Made by a program: the position numbers and the translations under genes. 64,000 bases of DNA, from the NCBI RefSeq assembly GCF_036971445.1, contig NC_091470.1:278070001-278134000 (forward strand), given 5' to 3'. This stretch comes from Narcine bancroftii. Taxonomy: Eukaryota. Positions 49,401-61,399 of the stretch are shown one piece after another. A model generated the notes under the pieces. It worked only from the letters and a program-made list of their open reading frames with translations, made no database searches and was not told the DNA's origin. Numbering within the stretch: position 1 is the stretch's first letter; each line of letters begins with the position of its first letter.

Positions 49401-50139
49401 AGTGCCGGGCCCAGCTTGGCATTCTGGATGTTGTAGGCTGAGGGGGGAAGGACATTTATTTCAGCACCGGTGTCCATGAGGAACCAGCTTCCTGACAGAG
49501 AATCCCACATGTGGAGGAGGCTGTCACATTGGCCAACTGCTGAAACTATTAACGATGGCTTGGCAATCTGTTCCACCAGGCGCTGTTTTTTTTTTGCTCT
49601 CCAGAGCACATCCGCCTGGGCTGCCACTTTCCTCGGGTCGCTGAAGTCCTCAATGGTGAGTAAGAGTCTGATATTATCAGGCAGCTAGCTCCAGGAAAAT
49701 CTACTCAAAGAGCAGTCAAGGCCTATGCCCCTTGGTGAGTGTGAGCATTTCGCTCATGAGGGCAGATGGTGCCCTGTCCCCCAAATTATCCACATGCAAC
49801 AATCAGGGAGTTGCACTGCTGCTGGTGGTCACCAAAATAGCGTGTATACTATGCAAAGTGTGGAGTAAGATCAACACACACAATTGAGTCAAGGTCAAAG
49901 ACTGATTTATTACATTGCCAGCTCTGTTTATATTTACTCCTGGCCTCTGACAACAGGAGTAATGTTATTGCAGTGCCAGCCTCTGAGTGGCCGGCATTCC
50001 CGCCGTTGCCTGCTGTTTCTCACTGTGCAGGAGGTTATGAGGGACAACGGCCGTCGGAGCCTGTGGGGCCCTCATGGTTGCCGCATTCATCGGCCATTTT
50101 GTGAATCGGGTCATGACTCAATAAGTAAGTCGCTACAGT

Positions 50140-50830
50140 AGATTATTTTCTAAATGGGGAGAACATTGAAAATACCCAGATGCAAAGGGACCTGGGAGCT
50201 TAAAGATAAACTTACTTGTTGAGTTAGCGGTGAAGGAGGCAAATGCTGGGATTCATTTCAAGAGGAATTGAATATAAGAGCAGGGACTGGTTAAAGCTCA
50301 CTTGGAGTATTGTGAGCAGTTTGGGCTCCTCATTGAAGAAATTATGTGCTGACTTTGGAGAGAGTTCAGAGGGGGTTCACAGGGATAATTCTGAGAATGA
50401 AAGGATGATCATATGAGGAGCATTTGACAGCTCGGCTTGTTCTTGTTGGAATTTAGGAAAATGAGGGGGATCTCATTAAAACATTTTGAATATTGAAAAC
50501 CACAGACAGAGTAGATGTAGAAAGGTTGTTTCCCATGGTGAGAGTCTTGGATAAGAGATCACAACTTCAGGATTAAGAAGGAATTTCTTTAGCCAGAAGG
50601 CGGTGAATCTGTGGAATTTGTTGCGACAGGCAGTTGAGGAGGCCAGGTTATTGGGTGTATTTAAAACAGGGATTGAAAGGTTCTTGATTTGTCAGGGTAT
50701 TAAAGGTTAGGGGGGGGGGGAGGCCGGGCAGTGGGGCTGAGTGTGAAAATGGATCAGTTCACGATTGAAGGGCGGGCCAGACTCGATGGGCTGAATAGTC
50801 TATTTCTGAACCTGTGTCTTGTGGTCTTAT
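50140..50830 (+). mobile_element. Decayed CR1 3' fragment
   Basis: HLEYCEQF, FRKMRGDLI remnants and a CR1 3' UTR. Confidence 0.75.
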
Positions 50831-51421
50831 ACTTGTACTCGAGGGATTCACTTGATCTCAGCTACCCTCACATGAAGTATGGTCCCTTTTTCCTGGCAAA
50901 CGCTTAATATCCCACATCATCCATAATTCTGACAGCCTTGAAACGGGAGGTGGAGAGTGGGAAACTGCTGCCGCCTCGGCGAAAGACACCGAAACTTTGA
51001 TCTGTAAATGCGGCGCTTCACATCCAACGACCACTCAAACAATAAATTTGGGCAGAGCCCATGACTCCATTGGAAGTTTCGCAGGACTTTAAACAGGATG
51101 TACTAGCTAACCTGGGTAAAATGAGCCGCCGCATCTATCTTTGAAACATATCCATGATTCAGTGGAAAACGAATTCTGCAATTCTCGCTGATTATCAGTA
51201 TTGATAGGGTTAAAGTGCGAGGGGAGGTGGGCAATCCAGTTTCCCTCGATGAACGAGGCCAAGTTGAAAGAGATGGGGCAGGCAGACGGTTCCTTGTCTG
51301 GCGGGGTACAGAACACTCATCAGGAGGTTATTCGGGGACCCGCATGTCGCGGGACGGTGGAAGAGCAGAGCTCATCTGTACCGAACATGCTGTCATCTCC
51401 TCGGTCGCTGGGAGTGCACCG

Positions 51422-51583
51422 CCCCTCGCACATCTCCACCAATATGAAACAAATAATGCGAAGAATGGATCCGGATACGGGTGGGTCGAGAAACGGGGCG
51501 GGTTCAGCACCGAGACGTATATCACTCGGGCTCAGTTTCCAACCAGCTGTTTGGTTCAATCGCCCCGATCGAGTGGAGGAAAC
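51422..51583 (+). promoter_or_regulatory. Putative V5 promoter (CCAAT and GC box)
   Basis: CCAAT 51439-51443 and GGGGCGGG 51495-51502, matching motifs upstream of V2. Confidence 0.5.
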
Positions 51584-52019
51584 ATGTGGCTGAATTCCTG
51601 GCTCCTGGCACTGACTTTCGGCTGTGAGGTTCCGAGGGTCCTTCAGCTTTAATCACTCTGTCCCGCCGTCGCGCAGCCGATTTATCGCTCTCTGCTTTTT
51701 TTTTTGTTGCAGATGGTTGTTGGGCTCAGACTCTAATCCAGCCCCAAGCATCGATTACCAAGTCTATCGGTAAAACCGGGAGAATCCGGTGTGATGTGAA
51801 GGGTGCAACGATTAGCAGCACAAATCCCATTCATTGGTACCAACAGAAACCCGGCCAGCCGATCACCAGGATACTCTATTTTGGGGACAGTGTGAACCGG
51901 GATTCGGGATTCGGGAGCTCCTATAACGCTGGAAAAAACGAACGCTCCGAATTCTATCTCTCAATAGAAAAACTAACGGCAAAACAGTCGGCCACTTATT
52001 ACTGTGGCTTCTGGGTGTA
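51584..52019 (+). CDS. TRGV: TCR gamma-like V segment 5, paralog of V2 (leader 51584-51623, intron 51624-51712, V exon 51713-52019)
   Basis: Same leader as V2; open V exon ending SATYYCGFWV. Confidence 0.92.
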
Positions 52020-52058
52020 CACAGCGTGTAACAGGAACTCCAGCTCTGTACAAAAACC
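52020..52058 (+). other. 23-spacer RSS of V5
   Basis: CACAGCG, 23 nt, ACAAAAACC (52050-52058). Confidence 0.93.
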
Positions 52059-53939
52059 CGAGCTGCCTGTCAGAGACACCACCTGGTCCAGAGAGGGCAC
52101 CGACCCGCAGCTCAGGCAGCGATTACCCTTCGGTGGGGGCAGGTGCTATAAGAAACACATCTAGCTAATTTAAAGTATTTTATTGAACATTTTAAAGAAC
52201 AAAAATCACTGCAAGAACATAAAAACTCACATTCAAAATCAAATCTCAAGCCACTTTAATGAGACCCCCATTCCTGAAGTTTCTTCACCAGTTTTCTACA
52301 TCCTTGGTTCTGTTGTTGATAATACACACCTGAGATCTGCCTCCAATTCAATGCAATTTTGTGCCTTTGTCTTCAACTGCACAATGTGCCTGATTCACAA
52401 AGGTAAGTGGCTGCGAAGGGCAGGATCTTCTGAAGACATTCCTTCGCAATGTTGGGATAACTATCCGTCATTTTTGGCCTAAGGTCAGAGATTGATGGAG
52501 CCTCAAACACATCTCTGCATCCAGAATCATTTTGTAAGTTAACGAGTTCATCTTGCAGATCATAGAGACTTTATTGACCTTAACAAGAAAGGGGTTCCTC
52601 ACCAGTGCCAGTCCTGCTAGGCTGATTTCTAAGAATAGCCAAGTAAACTTGTAACAACAATCCCATCCAAGGTAAATCTTCAATGAAAATTTTTGCAAAA
52701 ATAATTTTATATCCAATTTTAGTGGAGAAACATATCATGTGTCTTACCTTGTAAACCAGAGCCTCTTGGGTCTTGACTGAAGAACAACAAGCAATAAGAG
52801 AGAAAATACACAATTCCAAATCAGTCTGAATCTGTTTTGTATGGAGGTTTGATAGGAACTGTGTCTGAGTGCTGGGCACCAAGCTGCGTAATATTGAAAG
52901 GCAGCTAGGTGACCTCACTGACCTCAGTGGCAGATTGCTCCCACCCACCGAAGGTCACCTGGGAGGACCAAGACAAGACCTCAGCCCTATCTGTCCTTAG
53001 TGGGTTGGGAAGACTCCATAGCCCACATGGAAACACGCTCTGGACCACCAGTAAGGATGGACAACAAGGGTGACAACAATGTGAAGATGGGACTTTATTC
53101 CCAGAAGCAATGCTTTGCCTAATGATTTCATACAGTGATAATAATAGGTACATCAAGTTGATCTATTATGTTGGTTTATTCACTACTTGCTTCAGGCAGA
53201 CTGACAGCTATGTTCAGCTCTGTCATTAATGCTACCAATTCACACTTAATGTAGATAATGATGTTCCATTGAATGGATTTGTTGTGGTTTGTGTGATGAA
53301 ATATTTGTATTTGTATTTGGGAGATAAATTGGTAATATTAGAGTAGGTTACATTTTAAGACAGATCTTATTTGAAATACTGAAGAATTCATATTCCGTGA
53401 CTTTACAGAAACTATGGAGAGTGCTATGCATATTTCACAAGTAGATGCTAATTGAAATGATGATGTCATGAAATGAATAGACCATTGTCTTGAAGGAGTC
53501 AGGGGGTCTGTGTTGAACATTTTTACAAGACTTCTGACCTTTCTGCAAAGTGCTCGCTCAAAGGTTTGAGAGGTTTGTTTACCTAAAACAACAGATGGGA
53601 GTGGAAGACTAACTCCTATTGTTTGCTGGAGAAGGAGGGGGTTTTGGCAAGTGAGAGAGAGAGGGAAGGACATGAGGCTGGCAGATGAAATCTAAGATGG
53701 AGAGAGAAAAAGTCACAGCTGAAACAAGCAGGAGAAGCTTGTTACACCTGAAACAGAAGCTCCAGAGTGGCGGATGGCTGGAAGTGCTATCTGTTTGATG
53801 GAATAAGTGGAACAGAAAGGAACTCTGTGATAGCCTGAAAGAAAGAGGTTACCATCTTGAAGACCCTGATGGGGCAAGTTTCATCAGCAAAACATTGAGG
53901 TGAATAATGGTGGTACCTCAGTTGTGGAAATACCACACA

Positions 53940-56900
53940 ACACAGCACATAGCCTTTTTTAATATTATAGTCCTGACTTAATCACATTTCTGCACATAAT
54001 CATTCATAATGACATATCTTATCAGTATGTCATCCCTTGGCTCACCACAATTATTTTCATTACTTTCCACCTAGTAATCATGTTTGGAACCACGTGTTTC
54101 ATCATATCCTGCCACCTATTACCTTATCCGTGACTCTCACTGTGACTTAGTGTAGTAAATACATAATGAATTGTTACTTTTGTTTAGTGTGAGTAAATTG
54201 TTGCATAGTAATGGTTTAATGAATACATAATGAATAGTATATAGTTCATGTGGTTTATTTTCCATTTATTCCCCCTTTGAGACCTAAACGGTCTCATATA
54301 AAGACAAAAGACAAAGAGCCACACACATGAAAGGTCAGAATAAACCACAGTAGTTATCCCCAAAATTGGGTTATTTACAATTTTCGTGTACAGATCTTGA
54401 AGTATTCTCTCTTTACCTCACTGGGCCCCTGGGATGCTGAGCCAAAAAACCATCTCTCAGTGTCTGAGACAGGAAAAAAGACCCAGAAGCCCTCACAGGC
54501 TATTCTCAACATTATCACACTCTTCCTGAATATCTTATACATTTTGCAGATTTAGATCTGCCAGTGGGATTGTTTGATTGTCCCACTCCTCTTTGGGAAT
54601 CGAACCTCAGTCTCCCATGGAATGGAAAATCTGAATGGAGAACATGTCACTTATTCCTTATCTGCACTGCCTGCATTCCAAAGCCATCTGTTGGTGCCTT
54701 ATGAAGGTCATATGAGTCTGTGTCATATTCATGGAGCATCTCCTTAATCTAGACATCAGGCTTCCATTTTGTGTTTTAATTCACTTTAATACTTTAACAT
54801 TATTTTAATATTCACTTTAATACTACATTCCTTCCTTTTATCATAGGATGATAGCTACTAAATTATAATGTCAAAATGATTCTAGACAAATAATAAAGGT
54901 ATGGAGGTTTATATGATAATTACAATGGGGTAGAGGCAGGTAATTGGGATAGTAAGGTTTTACAGCTGACATTTAAGCAAGCAATTGCAGCACAATTGCA
55001 TGTAAGATATAGGACCCCCATGACCCTCAAATATTAGGTTAGCCAAGCAAACCATCCATTCTGTCCTCTTGGTCCCTGTTTAAAACTATCTGATTATGGA
55101 TATCTTGTATTGCCTTTGAGATATTGAAGAATTCATCTGTAACCTTAGTAATGCACTTATACTCTACAATCAAGCATACACCACCCTGGGTAGCAAACTG
55201 ATAATCCACTGCATATCCAGTTTGTTGTGAAGAAGAGCCTCAATTCTACCAATTCTCGATGATTATCCTCCAACCCTGCCACTGTCTCATTGCCCAATGG
55301 TGTTAAGCCACAGATGAGATCATTGCAAATCTTGGCAGCCACCGCCCTAGCTGATCTTCCAAGGGATATGGAACTGAGGACTCCCCATTCGATGTCAGAT
55401 CCTAGGGTAACAGGATTGTTATAGTCTGCATAAATTCCTTTGTCACTTCTCAGATGATGATCCGTCTTCTGACTCTATTGCTTTTCTGGGCATGGGACGA
55501 CAAAACACCCTAATGCCCCAAATGGCAAAACAAGCCAGGGAGGCTGTTTCCTGTAGCGGTAATAAAAGTTCCATTAACCGATAGCATGCGGTGGAGTCTC
55601 AGTACATTTGTTGGTATATTTATATATATTAGCAAAATTGAGGATGGTTTTTCTTACCCTTACTTCATATTTTTTCCATTGTTTTTCCTAGCAGTGTTCC
55701 CGCAAACCACCTGAGTTCCTTGAGTTAGATTCAAACATTCCTTCCTTAAACAAGTGCATGAGAAGTGTCCTTCCTTAATCTTACAATCACGTTCCCAGCA
55801 ATGTTCTTCTATACAAGGCAAATCATCTTTAAATTTTACTATCCCACATCCCCATTCCATACCATCAAAGCACATGGAGTAACTATTATTTTAAAAATAT
55901 GCTGACTGTGCAATCTCCTCTGGGCATACTATCTATCTGGTCAAATAAGTGTGGCTGGCTTTCTATACGCCTTCTTTTAGCTGCTTGGAACCATTAGCTA
56001 ATAGCCCTAGATTCAGAGTCAGTGAACCAGCTCTTTGGATGCCTTTCTTGTACTGTCGAAGGGCAACAGAAACATGAAGACCTGCTCCATCTTAGAGATA
56101 GCTCTCTTTGTCCTGAACCTGGTTACATCGGGCCAATCAGGATATTGGTGTAGCTTCTGTACATGATGTGTAGAGGGAACCACATATTCCAATTAACAGG
56201 ACCCATCCAATTAGTAGTGAACCACAGATATACTTAAAGAGGCTTAAATCAACTTTCTCCCATCTTTAGTATGGCTATATGACTGGAGGAACCATTAATA
56301 AAAGATGTCATGTTATACCCTGCTTTTCTCCACATGTTTATATCCTTGTAGTCTGTTTTGTCTCAAAATCTATTCTATCATTTTCTGTATGGGGTAGGGG
56401 CTATATTTTGAGGGGATACTTCCCATTGAGTTGGTTAGAATATGGGAATAGATTCAACAGCTATAAACATTCATCTTATCAACATATAAGTAAGACACAT
56501 TTAAAAAGACTGTCACCAAAAATTCCTCTCTTCAGTCACGACTCCAATATTCAGTTCAAATGTCAAGGTGACAAAAGCCATAACAATAAAATTCTCATAT
56601 TTTAGGTGGGCCTTTTTACTTAAGTCTGTTTGGTGTATCTAGTGAAGCTGTCCTTCAAGCTTTACTGCAGTCAGTGTTATTACCGGGACTTGGAATGGCC
56701 CTTACCAGTGAGTTCCCAATTTCTTCCGATCCCAATTCTCTACCAGTACATAATTCTTAGGTTTGACATTTGGATATTCACCTCTTTAATCTGTTGGATC
56801 ATCCTCCTTTCGGTGTGCTTGTGGTACCTGTGAATGCATCTTTCAAAAAGGTTTTAGTTAAATTACTCAAATATTTGCTTATGCCATCACTACATAAATC

Positions 56901-59900
56901 CATCCCTACTGACAGTGCAGGCTTTGCCCCCTCCCCCCCCCCACACACACACACAGATGTCTGTATTGGCTGTCCATGGACCATCTCTGCAGCAGATAGC
57001 CCTGTCTTAGCCTGCAGTGTCATCTGCATTTAAAACAATGCCAGGGTTAGCACTTTTTCACCCTGTTCCCTTAGTCAATTTGGCCAGTTTAGTTTTTTAA
57101 ATGTTTCATTCACACATTCCACTATTCCTGCTGCCAAGGGTTAATGGGAGTAGTGGAACAACTGTAATCCTCAATTCCTTCATTTATCTTGGCTACAAAG
57201 TGAGGACCATTACCTGAACTCTGTGCCCCAGGCAGACCACAGCAGGGAATTATTTCCTTTAACAAAATTTTAAACTATTCATCAAAGCAGTAAAATCAAA
57301 ATCTTAACTAAGTCAAGGCAATATCGTCTTTAAATAAAAAGAAAAATGTGGGTATCATTGTGCATTATATAATTAAGCAACAAAGATATCAAGTACTGTA
57401 CACCTGGTTTTGACTGGCTGACATAATCTTATAACTGAGTATTTTTCTGCAGAACTTGCTGTTTGCATATTTTGTTTCGTTATCTTGTCTCTGTGCTGAG
57501 TTGCTGCATTTAAATGAATTCAGAAATCGTATGATCTTGTTAATTTTCAGTATAGCCACTTATTGATTGCATTATTTTTGATGATTTGCAGGAACACTGG
57601 GTTGACTTATGAATGAGCTTAGAGACCTCAGCTTAAAGAAATTTGGAGTGTTGCATATTCAATGATTATCAAGCATTGTTCTTCTTCAAAGCAAGTAGTC
57701 ACCAGGCTGGAGGAGGGGCACTTGTTTACCACCAATAGGTTCCTCGAAATGTCTTTGCGTCTCCTGCACCTGTGAGTGTGGACTGATAGTTGCTGTATAT
57801 AGCTGATCATTTTGTTAATTAATACATCTAAATCTAAAGTAACATCATGTCAGTCTTAGGATTTTAACCCTGTACTGCCTTGCATGTTTATAAACATTTC
57901 AAATAAAACTAACAGCAATACCTTTATCCAATTCAACCCAGTTTCTGCTGACAACTGACCCAACTAAGGTCCCAGGCATATCAATAATTACAAGACAATA
58001 CTTATAATTATGTACTTTAAGTTATTCTATAAAATCATTCTATATACACTCAAATGGTAGGCATTCATGTCCTTCACTGAGGGGCACTTTATTTCTTTAC
58101 CAGAATTATTTTATGGAAAGATGATACATTCCTTCCTTTGGTAGGTCTTATTTTCTCAAATTAGTGATGTGCCACTCCTATGCAACTCCTCCTTAGTCAA
58201 ATATATTATTGCATGTATATTATTAAGTAATACAAGTAAAAGAAATTGCATTAGGTACAGAAATTGTCCAGCATGGGTGGTTATAGGAACATAGGAAGTA
58301 GGATCAGGAGTAGGCCAAAAATGGCCCATCGAGCCTGCTCCGCCATTCAATACGATCATGGCTGATCTAATTTATGACCTGTTTCTGGATTTCTGGCACA
58401 CCCCCTACTATTTACAGAGTTCAATGAAATTAGTACGCCAGGGATGTCCCCCAGAAGTTATGTTATGCTTCATCCCCATATCAGGCAAGACCGTTCTATT
58501 TTCACACAGTTTATCACTTTCTGAATAAACAGTGAAGGGACCATTTATAATAGTAGCTTTTGCAGTAGTCTCTGCCTAAGCATTCCCAAGGGGTATAGAG
58601 TTCTGGTATGGGCATAAATATTCCTTTCCCTGGCATATAGACTCTAATAAGGGAAAACAATTCAAATGCTGGGAAAACTGGATGATAGAAGGCAACTGTC
58701 TTCATTTCTGTATTTTTCACAATAGCATAACCTGCACAGTGCAGACCTCAGTCTATTAAATCTTGTTCTGCCAAAAGTCAAAAGATAATTTCACTGCAAA
58801 CAATCTTAATCTGTTTCTTCATGTTCATTTGGAGGCAGTTTTAAAAAGGCTGTCGAGTTAATAGTAATATAGTCATGAAAGGTCAGATGAATTCACTAAG
58901 GGAAAAGTTCATAGTGGCTCAAAAGTGCTTGAGTTGCCTGTTTGATTAGAAGTCAGGAGAGCTGCCACTGACTGTTGGATATATTTCACTCTGGGTTTCA
59001 AAGGTACCTCAGCTCTCTTTAATACTCAGTCCAACAGTCATCACCACTCTTCTAGGTTGTTCTTTGGTATTAGACCAGTTTCAATTAGTATTTTTTGGTA
59101 AATATTGCATAAAGATTGCATTAAATTAAGCCGAGGCTGGTCATCATTAAATGTCTGATCTGCAGTACAAGTCTGGTGTGCTTTTTGGGCGGGGCTTACA
59201 TTCCAGGCAACTTGTTGCTTGTGCAGCTCTTCGCACAAAAGGATTCAAAATTTAATGGCATGGGTGGGTGTGGGGGGGGGGGGGGGGCGGGGTGGAGGGG
59301 GGGAACAAACTGGAGCTTGTTCCATACATGTTTTGAATTGATCTGATATGGTGAATAAAGCCCAATGGAATTTTACTTCCATCGGGAGCATGGAGGGCTA
59401 TTCAGAGTATATATTTCCCCTGGTTTATAATTCTTTCTTCTGTGTGATTTGTTTTTACTCCTTCTGTACAAGTTATTAACATATAATAACATATAACAAT
59501 TTACAGCATGGAAACAGGCCATTAGGCTCTTCTAGTCCGCACCGAACCAAACACCCCTCTCTAGTCCCACCTCCTGCACAATGCCCATAACCCTCCATCT
59601 TCTTCTCATCCATATACCTGTCCAACCTTTTCTTAAATAATACAATTGACTCCGCCGCCACTATTTCTCCCGGAAGCTCATTCCACACGGCTACCACTCT
59701 CTGATTAAAGAAGTTCCCCCTCATGTTACCTCTAAACCTCTGCCCCTTAATTCTTAACTCATGTCCTCTTGTTTTAATCTTTCCTCCTCTTATCGGAAAT
59801 AGTCTATCCACATCCACTCTGTCTATCCCTTTCATAATCTTAAATACTTCTATCAAATCTCCTCTTAACCTTCTACGCTCCAAAGAATAAAGACCTAATC

Positions 59901-61395
59901 TGTCCAATCTCTCCCTATACTCTAGATGCTTAAACCCAGGTAACATTCTGGTAAACCTTCTCTGCACTCTCTCCACTCTGTTTATATCCTTCCTATAATT
60001 AGGCGATCAGAACTGCACACAGAACTCCAAATTAGGCCACACCAACGTCTTATACAATCTCAACGTCACCTCCCAACTCCTATATTCCATGCAATGATTG
60101 ATAAAGGCCAGCATACTAAAAGCCTTCTTCACCACCCTATTCACGTGAGTTTCTACCTTCAGGGAACGATGTACTGTTACTCCTAAATCTTTCTGCTCTT
60201 CTGTATTCATCAATGCTTTCCCATTTACCACGTATGTCCTGTTCTGATTCTTCTTACCAAAATGAAGCACCTCACACTTATCAGCATTAAATTCCATCTG
60301 CCATTTTTCAGCCCATTTTTCTAAGCAGCCCAAATCCCTCTGCAATCCTTGAAAACCTTCTTCATTATCCAAGAACCACTGCAGAAGTGGAACGCTGTTT
60401 CTTAATTATTACTTTTAAAGTCCAACAATGTGAAACTGCTGGTGATTGAAGGATTCTGGAAGGCAGGTTTCAAATTACTGCGGATAACTTTTCAGTTCAA
60501 ACTTTTTAACCCCTTCCTCACTCATACACAGTCTTACTGTTGTCAATGAAGGTGGGAGGCAAACTTTTTCAAGTTTGTTTTTTCCAAAATGAGCAACAAT
60601 TTTACATCAGAACTAAGTCTGAAACCTTCTTTATTGTGTCTAGTGAGACACCGGTCTGGTTACTGCGGCTGCTAGGGTACATATGGGGGTGGTCTTGCCA
60701 ATAAGGAATCTTTTGATTCCTCATCCTCATCATTCTATAAGAATAGGGTCGCCCTGCCTGACATCAGGATTCTGGGGTTTTCTTCTTTCACCTTTTGTTT
60801 GTTAACTATTTGGTGCCTGATTTCTTTCCTCTCACATTAAGCCTGCAGGACCTCACAGGTTTTTTTTTCCTTTTCTGCATCCGTTTCCTACACTTTTCTG
60901 TCCTTGTTACTCTCTTTGCTTCTGTTCCCTTTCTTTTCTCTCATTGTTTCTTTTTGAAAAAGATTATTGGCTTGGTTTAGTCCAGATCATGTTTTAACAT
61001 TTGAAATAGAACATTTAAAGTGGGCTCAGTGGTGTTTAAAAAAATTAGTAGAACAGAAGGTTGTCAGTCATGAATGGACAGCAGAGAAAAAATCTCTCTC
61101 TCTTGGGTAGGGATGTGGGCAAGAGAATGTGCTACCATTTTAATTGTAAATATCATCTGTAATCTGAAATGCTAAATCAATTTCACATTCTGTAGTTGGT
61201 GGTGATCTGATCCTTATTTAAATTTAATTTTTATTATACATCTTACCTGGAGAAAAGCTTTATTTCAGCTTTAAAAAATATACTGCACAGACTGGGCAGG
61301 AACTGCCAATCATTATTAACTTTATTTTGATTACTAAGCAATATGCCAGACATGTAACTGAGATTCCCAAAGGTTCCTCCCTCGTGGCTCGCATT
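53940..61395 (-). mobile_element. Heavily decayed endogenous retrovirus (pol and env remnants); boundaries uncertain
   Basis: Env TM ELVELRLF..QQTGYAVDYQFATQGGVCLIVEYKC (55140-55260); integrase GNGPHFVAK...AAGIVE..N..F...GLSAAEMVHG (56970-57215); RNase H-like SAGYAIV near 58730; PPT AAAGGGGGAA near 54270; possible PBS near 61378-61394. Confidence 0.6.
59476..60371 (-). mobile_element. Young 5'-truncated CR1 LINE inside the ERV
   Basis: Two nearly contiguous ORFs (WQMEFNADKC...RRRLRGDLIEVFKIM) and a TATATGT-type tail. Confidence 0.93.
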
Positions 61396-61399
61396 ATCT

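Larger units (their letters stand above)
38083..50137 (-). mobile_element. Gypsy element split by a nested L1 (parts 38083-39091 and 48907-50137)
   Basis: Diverged LTRs 38083-38348 and about 49836-50137; PBS TGGTGACC (49827-49834); protease FLMDTGA; RT FIYLDN. RT continues across the L1 junction (LKEAT..GRYP). Confidence 0.85.

Noticed and set aside
53380-53935. Possible LTR of the BEL element
   Set aside because: No partner LTR, clear termini or PBS can be shown within the window.
54138-54144. CACTGTG here and near 50020 as J-segment heptamers
   Set aside because: No GGTTTTTGT-like nonamer at 12 or 23 nt and no FGxG exon with a splice donor.
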